A DNA stretch of 64,000 nucleotides. Origin: the human T2T-CHM13v2.0 reference genome, Homo sapiens. The translations under genes and the position numbers were made by a program. The stretch lies in assembly GCF_009914755.1 (NCBI RefSeq), contig NC_060933.1; one strand, written 5' to 3'. Below the pieces are notes generated by a model. The model ran no database searches, was not told where the DNA came from, and saw only the letters and a list, made by a program, of their open reading frames with translations. Positions 16,510 to 31,199 of the stretch are shown in pieces (position 1 is the first letter of the stretch; every line of letters starts with the position of its first letter).

Positions 16510-17354
16510 CACACACCTCCTCCACATTTTGGTCCTTGGAAATTCTTTTTTAAAGTAGTCATATTATTATAAAATATTTTTGCTTTCCTTATGGTTGATG
16601 CATTGACTTTATTTTATTTATTTTTTTTTGCATTTCAATGAGACATTAGAGGGGCTGAATCAGGAGTTGCTATTTCTCCAACATACTCTCAACTCCATAA
16701 TTCTACATTTTAAAGTTAATTAAAATAAATTTTGTTTTTGTAATTTTAAAAGTTTTTTGTAGCCTTTGAGAGTGCCTTTCCTGATGTCACAAAAAGAGGG
16801 TTAGATATCATTGTGCTAAAATAAGATGCCACAGGCATCTGCCATGAGCCAACACATTTAAGTTTCCAAATGAATTCAGGTTTCCATGGAAACAGCCTTA
16901 AGGTCTATAGATTAGATACATTAAATGTACATGAAACTTTGCCCCAATTTTCATGTAGATATCTGCTGGGGCAGAGGCAAACCCAATACAGGAATTTGTC
17001 CAAGGTTGCTCCTTCATAGGAATGAGAAATGGGATTTGTAATTTTGGTCCCTTGCTCTCCAGCCTGCTGTTCTGCTTGCCGAGTCACACTGTCTTCCAGC
17101 TGTTCTTCTGTTAGTGTACCTCCCCAAGAACAGCTAGTAGTTCCCCAAGGTTCTTTGCTGTACATATAGAACAATTAAAGACAAATCTATCTACAGAGAA
17201 AAACAAATTTTGACTCCCTGGAGAATATTGCCTAAATCCCAATTCCTCAGGTCATACATTATATAGAAAAATGTCTCAAACACGAAGTGCACTGGTGGCA
17301 TTTGCCATTGAATAGAATTTGTACATTTAAAAACCAGCACCGCCAGATTCAGAC

Positions 17355-17470
17355 CACAAGCCCTGACTTGAATTTTGGTATGCCACTCAAATCTGTGTGC
17401 CTTTAAGCAAATCAGTTATTCCCTGAACCCTAGTCTTCCTCTTCTATAAAATATAATTAGGGTAATCTGA
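17355..17470 (+). mobile_element. MIR fragment
   Basis: 'gacttgaattttggtatgccact..tgtgtgcctttaagcaaatcagttattccctgaaccctagt..ctataaaat'. Confidence 0.55.
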
Positions 17471-17987
17471 TGTTATGCAAACATATACATTATGAAAGTA
17501 CAATTAACTCAATAAATAAATTTTTGTTTACTCTCTAAACTATATATTCTAACAATGTTGAGGTCGTCGTTAATTATAGGTTTTTTGTATGGTTAATATT
17601 GCATTTACTCAAAAGATAATGCCACAGTGTTCAAAACAATTAGAACATTTTCTGTGGCAAAGAAAAATATTAATTTGAAATGGCTTTAAAATTTAATACA
17701 TTTATGTCACAAAATGTGATGGTTAATTTCATACCTGAATGCAGTTGTCAAAATCCTAGGTTCTTTGTAATTTCCCAATGCTATCCTTTGTGTATTCATT
17801 TTCTATCAATGCAAGTTAGATTCAGCAGTTGTAGGATCATACCCACACCTGATAATATCCTCTTTGTCTGCTTTAGGATTGAGAAAACCTTTTCTAAAGG
17901 GCTCTCATTGATTTCCCCTCATGTCACATTTACCAGATTTAGTCACAAGCTTATACCTAAAATAATTGACAAGTGAAAGAACTACCA

Positions 17988-18322
<335 letters not shown>

Positions 18323-18407
18323 CTATGCTTCTTATTTTCTCACAGGCTGGGATAGAATCAGCTTCAGTAAAGCACATGCACCTGAAGAAGAGAAGAAAAT
18401 ACCTGAA

Positions 18408-18523
18408 CATTGTAATCTCGGGATTTCGGAAGGCCAAAGCAGGAGGATCACTTGAGGCTAGAAGATTAAGACAAGCCTGGATAACATAGGGAGACTCCAT
18501 CTCTATTAAAAGCAAAAACAAAA
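18408..18523 (+). mobile_element. FLAM / Alu left monomer
   Basis: 'tgtaatctc..aggccaaagcaggaggatcacttgagg..gcctggataacatagggagactccatctcta' plus an A-rich tail. Confidence 0.8.
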
Positions 18524-18729
18524 CCAGGAAAACCCTGAACAAATCAAAGTAATGTTAGAAAAAAATAATGGGAAGTTAAATACTGGAATATAATTAAGAG
18601 AGTTTGCTATAGCTAAAAAAATAACAATAGTTCATCAGATGCAGTTGACTAAAACAGGAGGAGTTAAGGTTGGAGGTGGGATTAGAATGAAGCAGCTTAA
18701 CATTTTTAAAAATATGAAAATAATGTTAG

Positions 18730-20540
18730 AGTAAATTAATTTCCTTCTATTCCTCCTGTTAAGTACAACTAAAAACTCAGGCCATTGTACTGAGTTTTCT
18801 GGGTTTTATTTTTGCCTCATATACCCCAGACTTGGAGATAAACACTGGCAACCCAGAAACACAAATGGGCCCAGATAAATACAAACAAACAGCCTTCTCT
18901 TTCCAGGCAAAGGACTAGGAATGGGCAGGCTGGCAAGACAGAAATGTGTTAGATAATCACCACTGTATTCTAGTCAAATATACACACGTTCACACAAACT
19001 ATGGCGTCATTTCCACCCACAGCAGCAGTGACCAAGTAGGATGCCTAGATGTCCACCCTTGCAAGGCCCCAACACCTACACCAGTGTGGTATCAGAGGAG
19101 ACCAAGTTTGGAGCTGGGACTTTAGTACCTTCTGGCAGGTAAGAAGCTTATTCCTTCCTATGGCCTTAGTGAACCCCAAGTGGGGATACAGGACTTTCAT
19201 TCCCACTGAACAGTAGCAAGACAGCCCTCCCCTTTAACTAGGGATGGTGTCAGGTGGAGATTCGGAACTTTTACAATTTCCCAACAATACTAAAAGAAAC
19301 CTCACCCTGGCATCAGCAGAGACTATGTGGGGATCCAGATTGTCACCCTCACCTTATTTAAGGAGCCAAAACCCTTGGATCTCAATGGAGGCCAAATGGG
19401 CAAACGGAGAATCTGAACTTTTAGTTCTACCTGGCAGTAATGAGGCAGAGCTGTAACAGAAAAAAAAAAAAAGTGAACATAAAGTTTAAATAAAATCCAA
19501 ACAAAAAATGAACCTAGAAATAAGTGTCTCACCTTTTGCAAAAATTAACACAAAATGAGTCCTTGACTTAACCATAAAACAGAACTGTAAAACTTTTAGA
19601 AAAAAATAGCAGAAAACTTTTTGATTTAGGACCATACAAAGTGTTTTTACACTTGATATCAAAAGAACAACCCATAAAAGGAAATGCTGATAAATAGTAC
19701 TTCAAAATTTAAAAATTTTGCTTTGTGAAAGACCAAGTTAAAAAGATGAGAAGGTAAGCTACAGAGTGATAGATGATATTCAAACATCACCCATCCAAAA
19801 GTAGACTCATTTCTAAGATATTTAAAGAAATCTCAATACTCAACAATAAAAGAAAGCAAACAATCCAGAACAATCCAATGAGAACATGAGAAAAAGAGAT
19901 AAAGAAACAGTTCACTAAAGAATATACATAGACAGCAAGTAAGCAAATAAATATATATTCATAATCATTAGCAGTTAGGTAAATGCAAAGTAAAACCATG
20001 CTGAGATATCACCATATGTCTACCAAAATGCTTATTTATTTTTTTTTAAGTAACACCACCAGATGATGGCTAGGAGGTAGAAAAGTAGATCAGTCACATA
20101 TATTACTGATGGGAATGCCAAATACTCCAGCCACTCTGGAAAATTAAACTGTTAATTTTAAAATATGAAACATCAAATTGCCATATTTATGGCATTCATT
20201 GAAGATAACTGAAGGATCTTGTTCAAATAAAAACCAACGTGTGGATATTTATAGCAGCTCAAAATTTGTAATAGCTCAAAATTAAAAACAACCCAGATGT
20301 CCTTCAGCAGGTAAGTGGTTAAAAAACTGTGGTACATCTGCAACATGGAGCACTATTCACCAGTAAAAATTACTGAGTTATTGGCACATGCAACAAGTGG
20401 ATGAATCTCCAGATAACTATGCTGATTGAAAACTTCAATCCAAAAAGATTATATACTGTTTGACTTCATTTACATAATGTTCTTGAATAACAGAATTATA
20501 AAATCTGAGAACAATGTGGTTGTTTTCAGGGATTATGGAT
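18730..20540 (+). mobile_element. Old L1M (L1MD-like): 5' region joined to ORF2 end and 3' UTR
   Basis: 19490-20540 is ORF2 3' and an L1MD-type 3' UTR ('aaagattatatactgtttgacttcatttacataatgttcttgaa'). 18730-19460 resembles an L1M 5' UTR. Confidence 0.65.
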
Positions 20541-21189
20541 AAAGAAGCTTACTTTAGGAGAATCACAAAACTAGTAGAAAGTATTAGAATATATTGATGA
20601 GATAGCTAATGAGAAGTAATTATTAGACTATAGTGCTTTGGCATCTAAAATTGGGGTCAATAATCTGTAAGAATAAAGAAGACAGGATTAATTTAAGAAA
20701 ATGTAGGGATAAAGAATGAATATTACATATTCAGCAATGGATTCTAGCTAACAGTATTTGATGTTATCTCTTTCCAACTCTCATTAGACAGTGTGACATG
20801 AAAAACAGTAAAATCTTACAACACTATCAAAACTGAGACTAATTGCTAATGCATATCATTGGCATCTGGATAGAATCTCCTAACAATAAATGGGAGCTAG
20901 AGCTGAATAAAATGAACGACACAAATATCACCATTAAGAATTCAAATGATGTTGGATTAAACTCATACGATAGACTCTGATGGGAAAAAATCGATCTATC
21001 ATTTATTTATTTTTATTCCTATAACTAGGCATTCATGTCTCAAAGACTCAAAATTTATCTCACCCATCATCCATCGATCCATCCAGCCATCCTTCTATTT
21101 TGTTGATGATTATTAGTGACATATTTACCTACCCACCTCTTCTGGAAGAGTACCTTTATGGATGATAACTGATAGAAATTATATGACAC

Positions 21190-21202
21190 AGAGAGAGGGA
21201 GA

Positions 21203-21242
<40 letters not shown>
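21190..21242. repeat. (GA)n(GT)n microsatellite
   Basis: Visible directly in the sequence. Confidence 0.95.
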
Positions 21243-21243
<1 letters not shown>

Positions 21244-22364
21244 CTAAACGGGGAGAAGCTGGCAGTGGAACAACAAAAGAACAAAATGTTGGGAGTAGAC
21301 AAAAGAAGAGCCATGTTAGCAATATGTCATTGTAATTTTAGTTTTTCTTGAGTAGAATTGGTACTGCATTACAGAATAGGTGAAAAGATTTTTGCCATTC
21401 TACTCCAAAGCTGCACAAAAGAAATTACTGTTAGAAATTCAATATGGCTTCAAACTCCTTTTGCTGACTTCTGACTTGAAGTTGAAGACAAATATCAATG
21501 ATTATTGCAGTGAAAAGTGAATTGAACCAAAAGAAACTCATATACCTCTATCACCAAACATTGAGTCTGGATAGGAATGCATTTATTTAATACAACAGAA
21601 AGAAAATCGGCCATTGAGCCTAAGTCTGGGCAGTCAGGGTTATTGCAGAAAAACCGGAATATACATCACACTGAAGACTCAGAATATGAGAAAAAAACAG
21701 CTCAAACCTAAGGTCTTACAAGATCTAGAATTTTTAAGAATGAGACTGGTTTTTAAATAAGTAAGGAGATATAAAGGACTTTTCTAGAATAAAAGCAGAG
21801 AATTACAAAGATGAAATAGATTGAATTAAATAGATTACCAAATGCTGTATAAAATGAGACGAATGAAAATAAATAAAACTAAATTATAAAACTACAATAA
21901 ATGAATTAAAGTCCATGATATATAAAAATAGGCACTGCTGAAAGTTGGATCATTGACGTACAATACAAACTGCAGAAAGTCCCTTATAAAAAAGGACAAA
22001 ATGACATACATTCTAAGATGGAAAATAATATATTTAGAAGAGTGATTCATATATTTAATGTACATAATAAACTGTAGGCATATTTTAGTAGTAATAAATA
22101 TAAACTTTCTAGAAAATCTAAGCTAATATATTTTCAAGGCCACAGATTTAAACGGCTTATTGGGTTCCAGAACAATGAATATAAAAAAATTGTGAAAAAA
22201 TATATTTTAAAATGTGTAAAGTAAAAAGATGTGCAAATTAAGTTTAAACAAAGGTTGAAAATTAAAAGTTTAGGAAAAAACAGTGGATTGACAGGAGGAT
22301 GGATACAAGGAAAAGGTTAAAATCTATTCACTTTTAATGTTATAGAGCATAATAACAGGCTTCC

Positions 22365-23013
22365 TATGGTAGTCAGCATCCAAGGTGTCTTTTAATAACC
22401 CACATCTGTTGATACTGGCAGTCTTTTATAGCCTCCTTCCACATTTCACCAGGGTTTATTTATATGATCACTAGTATATGATAGATATGATGATCAGTCA
22501 CTTGTGAGATTAGTTAATAAAAAGACTTTAGCTTCCATTTTGGGCTTGCTATCTCTCACTCTCTCATGAAAGATGAGCTCCTTCATCTTTCTTTCTCTGT
22601 TTGTCTCTTGGTGTTGTCTTCCTCTCTCTCTCACTGTCTGTCTCTCTCATCGGCTTCTGCTCTTTCTCTTGGATCTGTGAGTAACCTGCTGTGTTTTAAG
22701 CAATCCAATAAAGAGGCTCATGTAGTGACAAATTAAACCATCTGGCCAATAGCCATAGAGGAACTGAAGACTACCAACAACCATTAAACTGAGCTTGGAA
22801 GCCCTTTTTCCAGCTCAAGTTGAGTCTTAGAAGAATATAAGCACTGGCTGACAACTTTACAGCAATCTCATGGGAGAGTCTGCCCCAGAACTAATCAGCT
22901 AAGCCAATCCTGGATTCTTGACCCTCAGAAACCATGTGAGGTAAGTAAAGTGTATTTATTTAAGATGATAAATGTTGAGGTGATTTGATATTCAGCAACA
23001 GATATGTAATTCA
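22365..23013 (+). mobile_element. MLT1F-like MaLR solo LTR
   Basis: 'tatggtagtcagcatccaagg...cagctaagccaatcctggattcttgaccctcagaaaccatgtgag...gcaacagatatgtaattca'. TSD cttcc/cctcc. Confidence 0.8.
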
Positions 23014-26000
23014 CCTCCCAATCGTTTTTATTAAAATAGCCAATCACTAAAAAAAAAAAAATATAGATTTAAGCAACCAAGTTCAATTATGTAAAATATT
23101 AATGAAATATTATACAAATATATCATTCTAAAGCCTAGTACAATACAACCATACAGAATAAAGAAAGGATCTTCAGAATTACAGCTTTGTATTAATGTTA
23201 GTTTTATAGTTTTAGGAAAAATGATCATCTTCATAAATGTCAAAATATATTTGCTTCAGTTTGACAAGCATGTCTGATTTAAAAGAGGCTCAGTATAAAT
23301 TGAATACTTTTTAATAGAATAATATATATTTATTTTGAAGCAATATCAGCATCAAATCTTCTGAAAACTCAATTGAAGCATTTCTACAAGAGTTGAGGAA
23401 AGGAAGAGCAACTTTATCATTATCATTTGAGAAAGTATTTCTGATATTCTATTTAATGCTATGAGGAATAATATTTTATTTCAAAATCTATTCAATAAAT
23501 TCTTATGTGAAAAATATTGCCGTGCCACATACTCCTTTAAGTATATGTATTAGCATACTTAATTCTCATTACAACCATATGAAATGGTATTGCTAAAAAC
23601 TAGAAACCCCCTTTTATATACCAAAAAGAAAAAAGAGAGAGAAAATTGTCTATGGTCATATAGCTAGTAAGTGTGGTATAGCCTTCTTTCAGAGTATATA
23701 TTTTCAACTAATGTGGCAATAATGGAAGTCAATTTAAAATAAATGACAGAATAAGATGTATATATATATATCTTAATATATATATTTTTAAATGAGAAAG
23801 ATACATGATTTAGGAAAAAGTTGACACAGTTTGAAAAAGCAATGAAGGGAATACTCCTAACAGCAGCACTATGGTAAGTCTAAAGAACAATTAGTTTGAA
23901 TTGCAGCCAATAATGGAAAGCTATTCCAGAGAAGTCATTAAGGAAGAACTTATTCAACATAGCATATGTTATGACTGATAAGACAGAAATAACACATCAG
24001 ATATTGCAAAAACATCTAATTCTTTATTTAACTTGAAAAACAATAGAAATGCCAGGAAACACAAAGTCTATATAAAAAGTTACAATACAAATTTAAACAA
24101 ACAATTTTTTTTTTAAGTAGCATAGTTTTCAGCCAGTAAAATCATGACCTTGATACTGCAAACCTTCTATACCCAGAAGTATCCAGGATGATGGAAATGT
24201 TCTTAGCACAATGTTTGGCTGGGCATTGTAGGTTTTCAATTATGCCTATCCATAGGTAAAATAATACAGATGCTGCTTATTGGTTTCCATGGAAGCATGG
24301 AAGACACAATTGTGATTGTAAAATACAAGATTAAACAACACATGTGTAGGCCAACGTTCTTGATAAATTTGTGAAAGTAAGAATGTAGTTGTCAGAAGGT
24401 AGGAGATAAAAGGGCAGTAATAAATGGAATAAAGCATAAGATTCCTAATATTCTCATTTGACCTGGAGGGGAGTTTAGATAGTGAATAAAAGTGGACGGA
24501 AACATAAACAGAAGTAGAAAGGTGATTATTTGAAGGAACAAAGGTCAACAATGGAGGAAACAAAAATAGTAATATAATAATCATTAAGAAGAGAAGGGCA
24601 GAAGAAAAGAGAAAATATATGATCTAAACTGCCACAAAGCATAGTGGGACAACATTAGTTATCATCTAAACCTGATAAATAAATTAAGTTTATGTAGTGC
24701 TAGGGTGGTAAAAATCAGAATCAAAATCTTGTTTAATCATTAGATTTTATCCAATTACTTGACTTGTTACCACTTTGATGAATTATGTATATTAAAATAG
24801 TGTAAATAAAAACACCATAAATAGAAATAATGTGTAAGTAATAAATTGAAAATAATGTATAGCATATGAGAAAAAAGTATTAATATTCTCAACATACGAA
24901 AAAAAATTCTTACCAACCAATAAGGAAAATAGCAAAGGGATACTTAGGTAATTCTGAAAACAAATACAAGTTGCACATAAACATAAAATTTTTCATCCTC
25001 ACAAATGATCAAACATTTGAAATTACATTGAATAAATTTTACCATAACCTATCAACAAAGATGAAATGGAAAGTTAAAAAACCGGTTTTGCAGGCACTGG
25101 GGATAAATGGATACCCTCATTTTAAATTAGGTAAAAACCTCTTAGAAGTTAATATGGAATATGAATCAAAACCTTAAACTATGCGTGCCCATAGATAAAG
25201 CTATTGAATTTCTTTGTTTTGGTCCTTATAAGTATGCACCCAAAAGGGTTTCTTTACAAGAATATCTTTAGCTAATTAGCTGATTTCATTAACTTGGCAA
25301 CTCTGTAAATATCCTGCAGTGTGAAATGTTATAGTTTCTCCACAAAATGGAAATCAGCCACCAAGAAGCACATTGTAGAAAACACATACATATAGGAAAC
25401 ATACTCATAATTCTTTGTTAAGTGCAAAAGCAGGCTGTAAAATGACATGCACTTTATAATATTCTCATGACTTTTTGTTTTGTTTTTTTAAAACACAGAA
25501 TAAATATAAATATAATAAAATAGTTACATCTGGAAGTTGAAAATGTGCTGATTTTTGTTCTCTCAAATTGTCTAGAGTGAACAAAAACTAAGTATTCCCA
25601 GTCAAAATTGAGAAATACCAAAGGAAGTTTTCTGAAGAAATTCACTTAAGAATCTGCTTTTATACCAAAAAGAGAGAAAACAAACAAACAAAAATACCCC
25701 AGATAAAGAAATCTTGGATATCCTGATAGTTTCCTTGATAACAAAATAAAAACACATTTACCGTTTTCAGAATATGGAGAAATTGATATGCTCATACCTG
25801 GGGTAAATAGATACCAATAATGAATTGCATCTTTGTCCTTTCTTTCAATAAATTACTTGGGAAATTATGAGGCTTAATGACAAGTATTTTCTTTCTTCCT
25901 TTTATATAAAAAAATACAATCACTTCTGTGTATTGAGTTTAGATGTACAGACATGGGTACACTGACAGCAAAACAGTGGGGGTAGGAAAATGGAACACAT

Positions 26001-26199
26001 GATTCTCGTTTAAGGAGAAAATATCTTTTGGTTTTGCTTCCTCTGATGTGGACCTATAACAAGAGTTAAGACAGCACCAGTCAAGATTCTGGAGTAAGAT
26101 AGATAGTTGTATATATACCTAGCAGCTTTTGATACAAAACTCTTCCAAAGTTCTAATATGCATAAAAGCATAATAGGCTACAACTATCAAACATCACGG

Positions 26200-26497
<298 letters not shown>

Positions 26498-27459
26498 AAA
26501 CCATCACAATTTTCAAAAACACTATAATTTAGTATAAGTTTTCGGGACCAGGTGATGGAATTCAGTAATTACTAAGAATCTATCTGACTCTTGAGAACTT
26601 CTTGTTTCACATTTTTAAAAAGATCTGCAATATTTTGGTAAAGCCTTAAATATTTCTCTCCACTGGAGTGTGCTGTTTACTTTTGCAGAAGGAGGAAATA
26701 ATTTATTGTGGGTGGAAGAAACGAAAATGTTGTCTCTATTAAATGGGAAAAAATTATCAGAGGCCAAATTGCTCCATGTATCAGATATACAGCAGGATCT
26801 TTGCTTCCCAAATACATGCAAAGCAGTTAAATGAAATCATATCTTAAAATTCTTTAGTGTCAGAAATACAAAATAATACAAGTGAGGATAAGATGCCATT
26901 GTTTGTCTTGTATGTTTGAAATCTGTAGGCATGAGATATGGTATTACCAGATTAGAGCATTGAGTTTAATCAAATACTGGTAGTTCTAATTGTTTCTTTT
27001 GGGTGAGCCAGTCTTTTCTATTGATTCAATATATACTTAAGGTATACTTGGGCAAGTTCCGGACTTGATCTCTTTCTCTTTATTCTATCTGAAGCTATTG
27101 TTGTTGCTACTATTTTTTGTGAATCCTATTTCCTTCCCCAGAAGACCTAAATGACTCTCATTAATTTTTTTTCAGTATCCATTTGTCATCCACAGATTAG
27201 AAATATCATTTCTTCCATCTGCAAAGCCATTATTTTTACTGAAATGGAAGCCCATAGGCACCTTCTGAGAAGTAAAAGGCATGGGACTTTCCATTTTTTT
27301 CCATTTAATAGAAAACTTTAAATTCTATTTTCAAAAGATGAGCAAAGATTTTATACGAATTTGTAAGAAAAGTAATCAGCTACACACACACAAAATTTAG
27401 TAACTCATGAAGAAAGACAACTAATAGAGCAATGTATTTGGTAAAATAGACTAGGTAAA

Positions 27460-27940
27460 ATACAACAGCATAAATCTCAATGGCTGAACTCAATACATAC
27501 ATTTATTTATTTTTACAAAATCTACATGTATGGGGATGACGGTGAGACTAGAAGGATAGTTATCAGATAAAGTATAGGCTCTGTAGCTAAGTTTGAATTT
27601 CAGATAAACAATGAGTATATTTTTGGCTTCAGTTTGTCCCAGATATTGCATAGGAAATATTTATAATAAAACATATTAGTTTGTTTCCATGAAATTTAAA
27701 TATAACTGGGTATGTTAGATTTTTGCTACATCTGGCAACCCTAGGCATGTTTCTCTGCTAATCATAGTCATAGAGGAATTGAAGCTGATGGAGGCTCCTT
27801 CTTGAGTTACATCCCTACAGTTTACAAGGCCAAAACAGAGAGAGCAATGAATCGTGCATGGTGAATTTATGATAGGCATAAATTCCTCTTATATTTCATT
27901 GCCCAAAGCAAGTTACATAATCACATTTAACTTCAAGAAG
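27460..27940 (-). mobile_element. Old MLT1 (J/K/L-like) LTR relic containing MER53
   Basis: 'aaatctcaatggct..', 'gctgatggaggctc', 'atttcattgcccaaagcaagttacat..aacttcaag'. Confidence 0.5.
27557..27742. mobile_element. MER53 palindromic hAT MITE
   Basis: '..tcagataaa..tttgaatttcagataaacaa..gtttccatgaaatttaaatataactggg..atctggcaaccct', an imperfect hairpin. Confidence 0.8.
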
Positions 27941-27947
27941 AGAAGAC

Positions 27948-28198
27948 CTCCAGGCTGGGCAACATGGAGAACCCTATCTCTTCAAAAATACAAAAAAATA
28001 AAAACAAAAAACCTGGCACTGTGGCATATACCTGCAGTCCCAGTTCCTTGGGATGCCGAGGTGGGAGGATTGCTTTAGCCTGGAAGGCAGAGGTTGCAGT
28101 GAGCAGAGATCGGGCCACTGCACTCCAGCCTGGGCAATAGAGCAAGACCCTGTCTCACAAAAAAACAAACAAACAAACAAACAAACAAACAAAACATA
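27948..28198 (+). mobile_element. 5'-truncated AluJ
   Basis: 'gtgggaggattgcttt..gaccctgtctca' with (AAAC)n tail. Confidence 0.9.
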
Positions 28199-28926
28199 CA
28201 ATCCTACTATGTCTCTGTAAGCAGAACACCCAAAGAGTACTACTGACTTCCTAATGTGCTCTGTTTTCCCAATCTCAGTGTTGAATTCTCCTACCTGTTT
28301 CACTGGCTGGAGATTTCTGAAAGGATTTTAAAGTACAGGAATGTATGTTAGTTTAAACCAGGGATCTCACTGAATTTCAGCATGAACATTTTGCCTTTTT
28401 GATTTTTAAACCCTTAATAGGAATTATAGATACCGAAGACCACTATCATTGAAGAGCAGATGGAAACTTTGATTTGCAGAAAGTGGAATCCTCAATATAC
28501 TTTTGTTGCGGAATATTTTAGTTTTTCTAGGAAATGGAACGCAAAAGAACCCTTTTGCCTTTGAAGTACAAAATGAAATTATAATTAATTAGAATTAAAA
28601 TTGGAGAAATTCACGTTTGTCTACACAGTAGGCTGCTAACTAAAATTATTATTTTCAGTTAAATATTTTAGTTAGTAGCTACTGGTTTAGATGATAAATT
28701 TTAATATGTTGACATTTTATCTTGAAACTTCTGAATTATTTGTTTATTCCAAATGGTTTGTTAGCTATTTTGAGAGACGAATATTCTGTATTTTTCTATA
28801 AGCACTCATAGACATTGTGTTAGTAGCCCACAGGTAGGTCACATCAAGGAGCATTGAATCTTTCTTGTCTATTATAAAAAGGAATATCATGTTGGTAGAA
28901 TGTTCTCACTGATGTTAGGTCAATGG

Positions 28927-29118
28927 TCCTGCCTCAGCCTCCTGAGTAGCTGAGACTACAGGCACACACTATAACATCTGGTTAATTTTTGCATTTTTAG
29001 TAGAAACGGGGTTTTACCATGTTGGTCAGGCTGGTCTCGAACTCCTGGCCTCAAGAGATCCACCCACCTTGGTCTTCCAAAATTGCTAGGATTACAGGTG
29101 TAAGCCACTGCACCCAGC
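28927..29118 (-). mobile_element. Partial AluS (3' part missing)
   Basis: Antisense Alu left arm plus the start of the right arm. Confidence 0.9.
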
Positions 29119-29639
29119 TAACAGCGATTTTTTTTTAATGAAACTACATTATTAAACTTAAGGTACAATAGTGGGCTTTTGCTTCTTTTTTGACAGTCCT
29201 GAGGGCTACTTTTGCCATACTTTCTATGGAATAAAGTGCTTTTTGCTCTTTGGACTGTCATTTAAAGTAAGTCTTACATTTGACAAGGAGGATGAGCACA
29301 AGTGTCTAGACCATTATCTAGAGGCCTAGATAAACAATTACAGTTCATGACGGGGCATTTGGACCTCTTCATGGAAGCATGTAATTCATTGCCATGAAAT
29401 AAAACAGTGGTGCAAAGATGTTAACTCTGTGGCTGCATTATAAGTTAATCTGTAGCAGTCAGTGGAAGATGAAGACTAGACGTGTATCGGAAACCAATGG
29501 CTGGTTCACAGTCAAGAAATGTCCACCTACACCAATGTCATGGAGCCTTTTCCCTATACGTAAGACCTGAAACTGTAAAACTTCTAGTAGTTTACAGGAG
29601 CCTTTTATCTGTACGTAAGACCCTAAACTGTAAAACTAC

Positions 29640-30730
29640 TAGAAGTTTTACAGTTCCAAGTCATACAGTTAAATCTTTAATTCATTTTGAGTTGATTCTT
29701 ATATAAGAGGTAAGATAAGGGTCCATTTTTATTCTTCTGTTTGTGAATTTCCAGTTTTCCCAACTTCATTTATTGAAGGGACTGTTCTTTTCTCATTGTG
29801 TATTCTTGGCAGCTTGATCCAAAATCATTTGACTGTAGATGTATAGTTTTTTTCTGGGCTCTCTATCTTATTCCATTGGTTGATGCTGTGGCTTGAATAT
29901 TTTTCTCCTCCAAAATTCATGTTGAAATGTAATCCTCAATGTGACAAAATTGAGAAGAGGAGGACTTTAAGAGGTAATAGGATTATGTGGACTCCGCCTT
30001 CATGAATGAATTGATCCATTCATGGATTAATGGGTTACCATGGAAGTGAAACTGGTGGCTTTATAAGAGGAAGAGAGATCTGAGGAGAGCACATTAGCAT
30101 ACTCAGCCTCCTTGCCATGAGATACTCTGCACCACCTCGGGACCCCATAGATAATCCCCACCAGCAAAAAATGCTCTCATTAGACAATGTTATATAACCT
30201 TATACTTCTAAGCTTCCAGAACTGTAAGAAATAAACTCCTTTTTAAATAAATTTCTGTTAATGGTATTCTATTATAAGCAACATAAAATTAACTAATATA
30301 GTTGATGTGTCTGTTTTTATGCCAGTGTCATGTTTTGATTACTATAGCTTCATAATGTATTTTGAAATCTGGTAGTTTAATGCCTCCAGCTTTGTTCTTT
30401 TTGGTCAAGGTTTCTTTGAATATTCAGGGTTTTCTTGTGGTTTTGGAATTGTTTTAGAATATACATTTTAGAATTTTTTTTCTATTTCTGGGAAGAATGA
30501 TGTTGAAATTTTTATAGGCATTGCATGGAATCTATATATTGCTTTGCGTATTGTGGAACTTTTAACAATATTAATTCTTCTATTCCATGAACACATGATG
30601 TTTTTCTAATTCATGTCATCTTGCTCCTAAGTATTTTTTGATGCTATGTAAATTAGAGAAACGCAAATTAAAATGACAAAAAGATATCACCTCATACCTA
30701 TTAGATTGACTATTATCAAAAAGAGAAAAG
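29640..30730 (-). mobile_element. Old L1M ORF2 fragment, antisense 29640-30650 then sense 30650-30730, split by MSTC
   Basis: 'aaatctttaattcattttgagttgatt', 'tgcctccagctttgttcttttt' antisense, then 'gcaaattaaaa..gatatcacctcatacc' sense. Confidence 0.8.
29884..30300 (+). mobile_element. MSTC-like MaLR solo LTR
   Basis: 'tgctgtggcttgaat..ccaaaattcatgttgaaat..atccattcatggattaatggg'. Perfect TSD gttga. Confidence 0.85.
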
Positions 30731-30852
30731 CATCAGATTAGCAGCATTAAACTTTAGTGGTGAACATGCCATAGTTTGCTTAATTAGAGACAAAGTTAGA
30801 GATAGATGTAGTTATCCAATTCAGCTGAGTATTTGTGCATTCAATGGATGTA

Positions 30853-31199
30853 CGTTCATGTACACGCAATGACATTTCTATCAACAATGGACCCCATATA
30901 TGACAGTAGTCCCATAAAATTATGATTCTATATTTTTACTGCATCTTTTCTATATTTAGATACACAAATATGCATATACATAAATACCTGGTGTAATTGT
31001 GTTATAGCTGCATACTATATTCAGTACGGTGACATGCTATAAATATTTAGATCCTAGAGACACTAGGCTTTACCATATAGCCAGGGTGTGTAGTAGGCTA
31101 CACATAGGTTTGAGTACCCTTTATGATCTTTGCAAAACAATGAAATCACCTAACACATTTATCAGATCATATCCCAGTTGTTAAGTGAGCTATGGCTCT
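30853..31199 (+). mobile_element. Tigger3a (Golem) DNA transposon
   Basis: 'aatgacatttctatcaacaatggacc..catatatgacagtagtcccataa..gtgtagtaggcta..gaaatcacctaac'. Confidence 0.8.

Noticed and set aside
14539-16562. Cluster of overlapping ORFs
   Set aside because: They are chance frames and decayed MaLR ORF within THE1B.
20740-25440. Possible very old L1M/HAL1 relics around the MLT1F
   Set aside because: The A-rich, L1-like texture is too decayed to assign family or boundaries by eye.
28400-28560. Possible exon after a pyrimidine tract and AG
   Set aside because: All three frames stop quickly, with no recognisable peptide or donor site.
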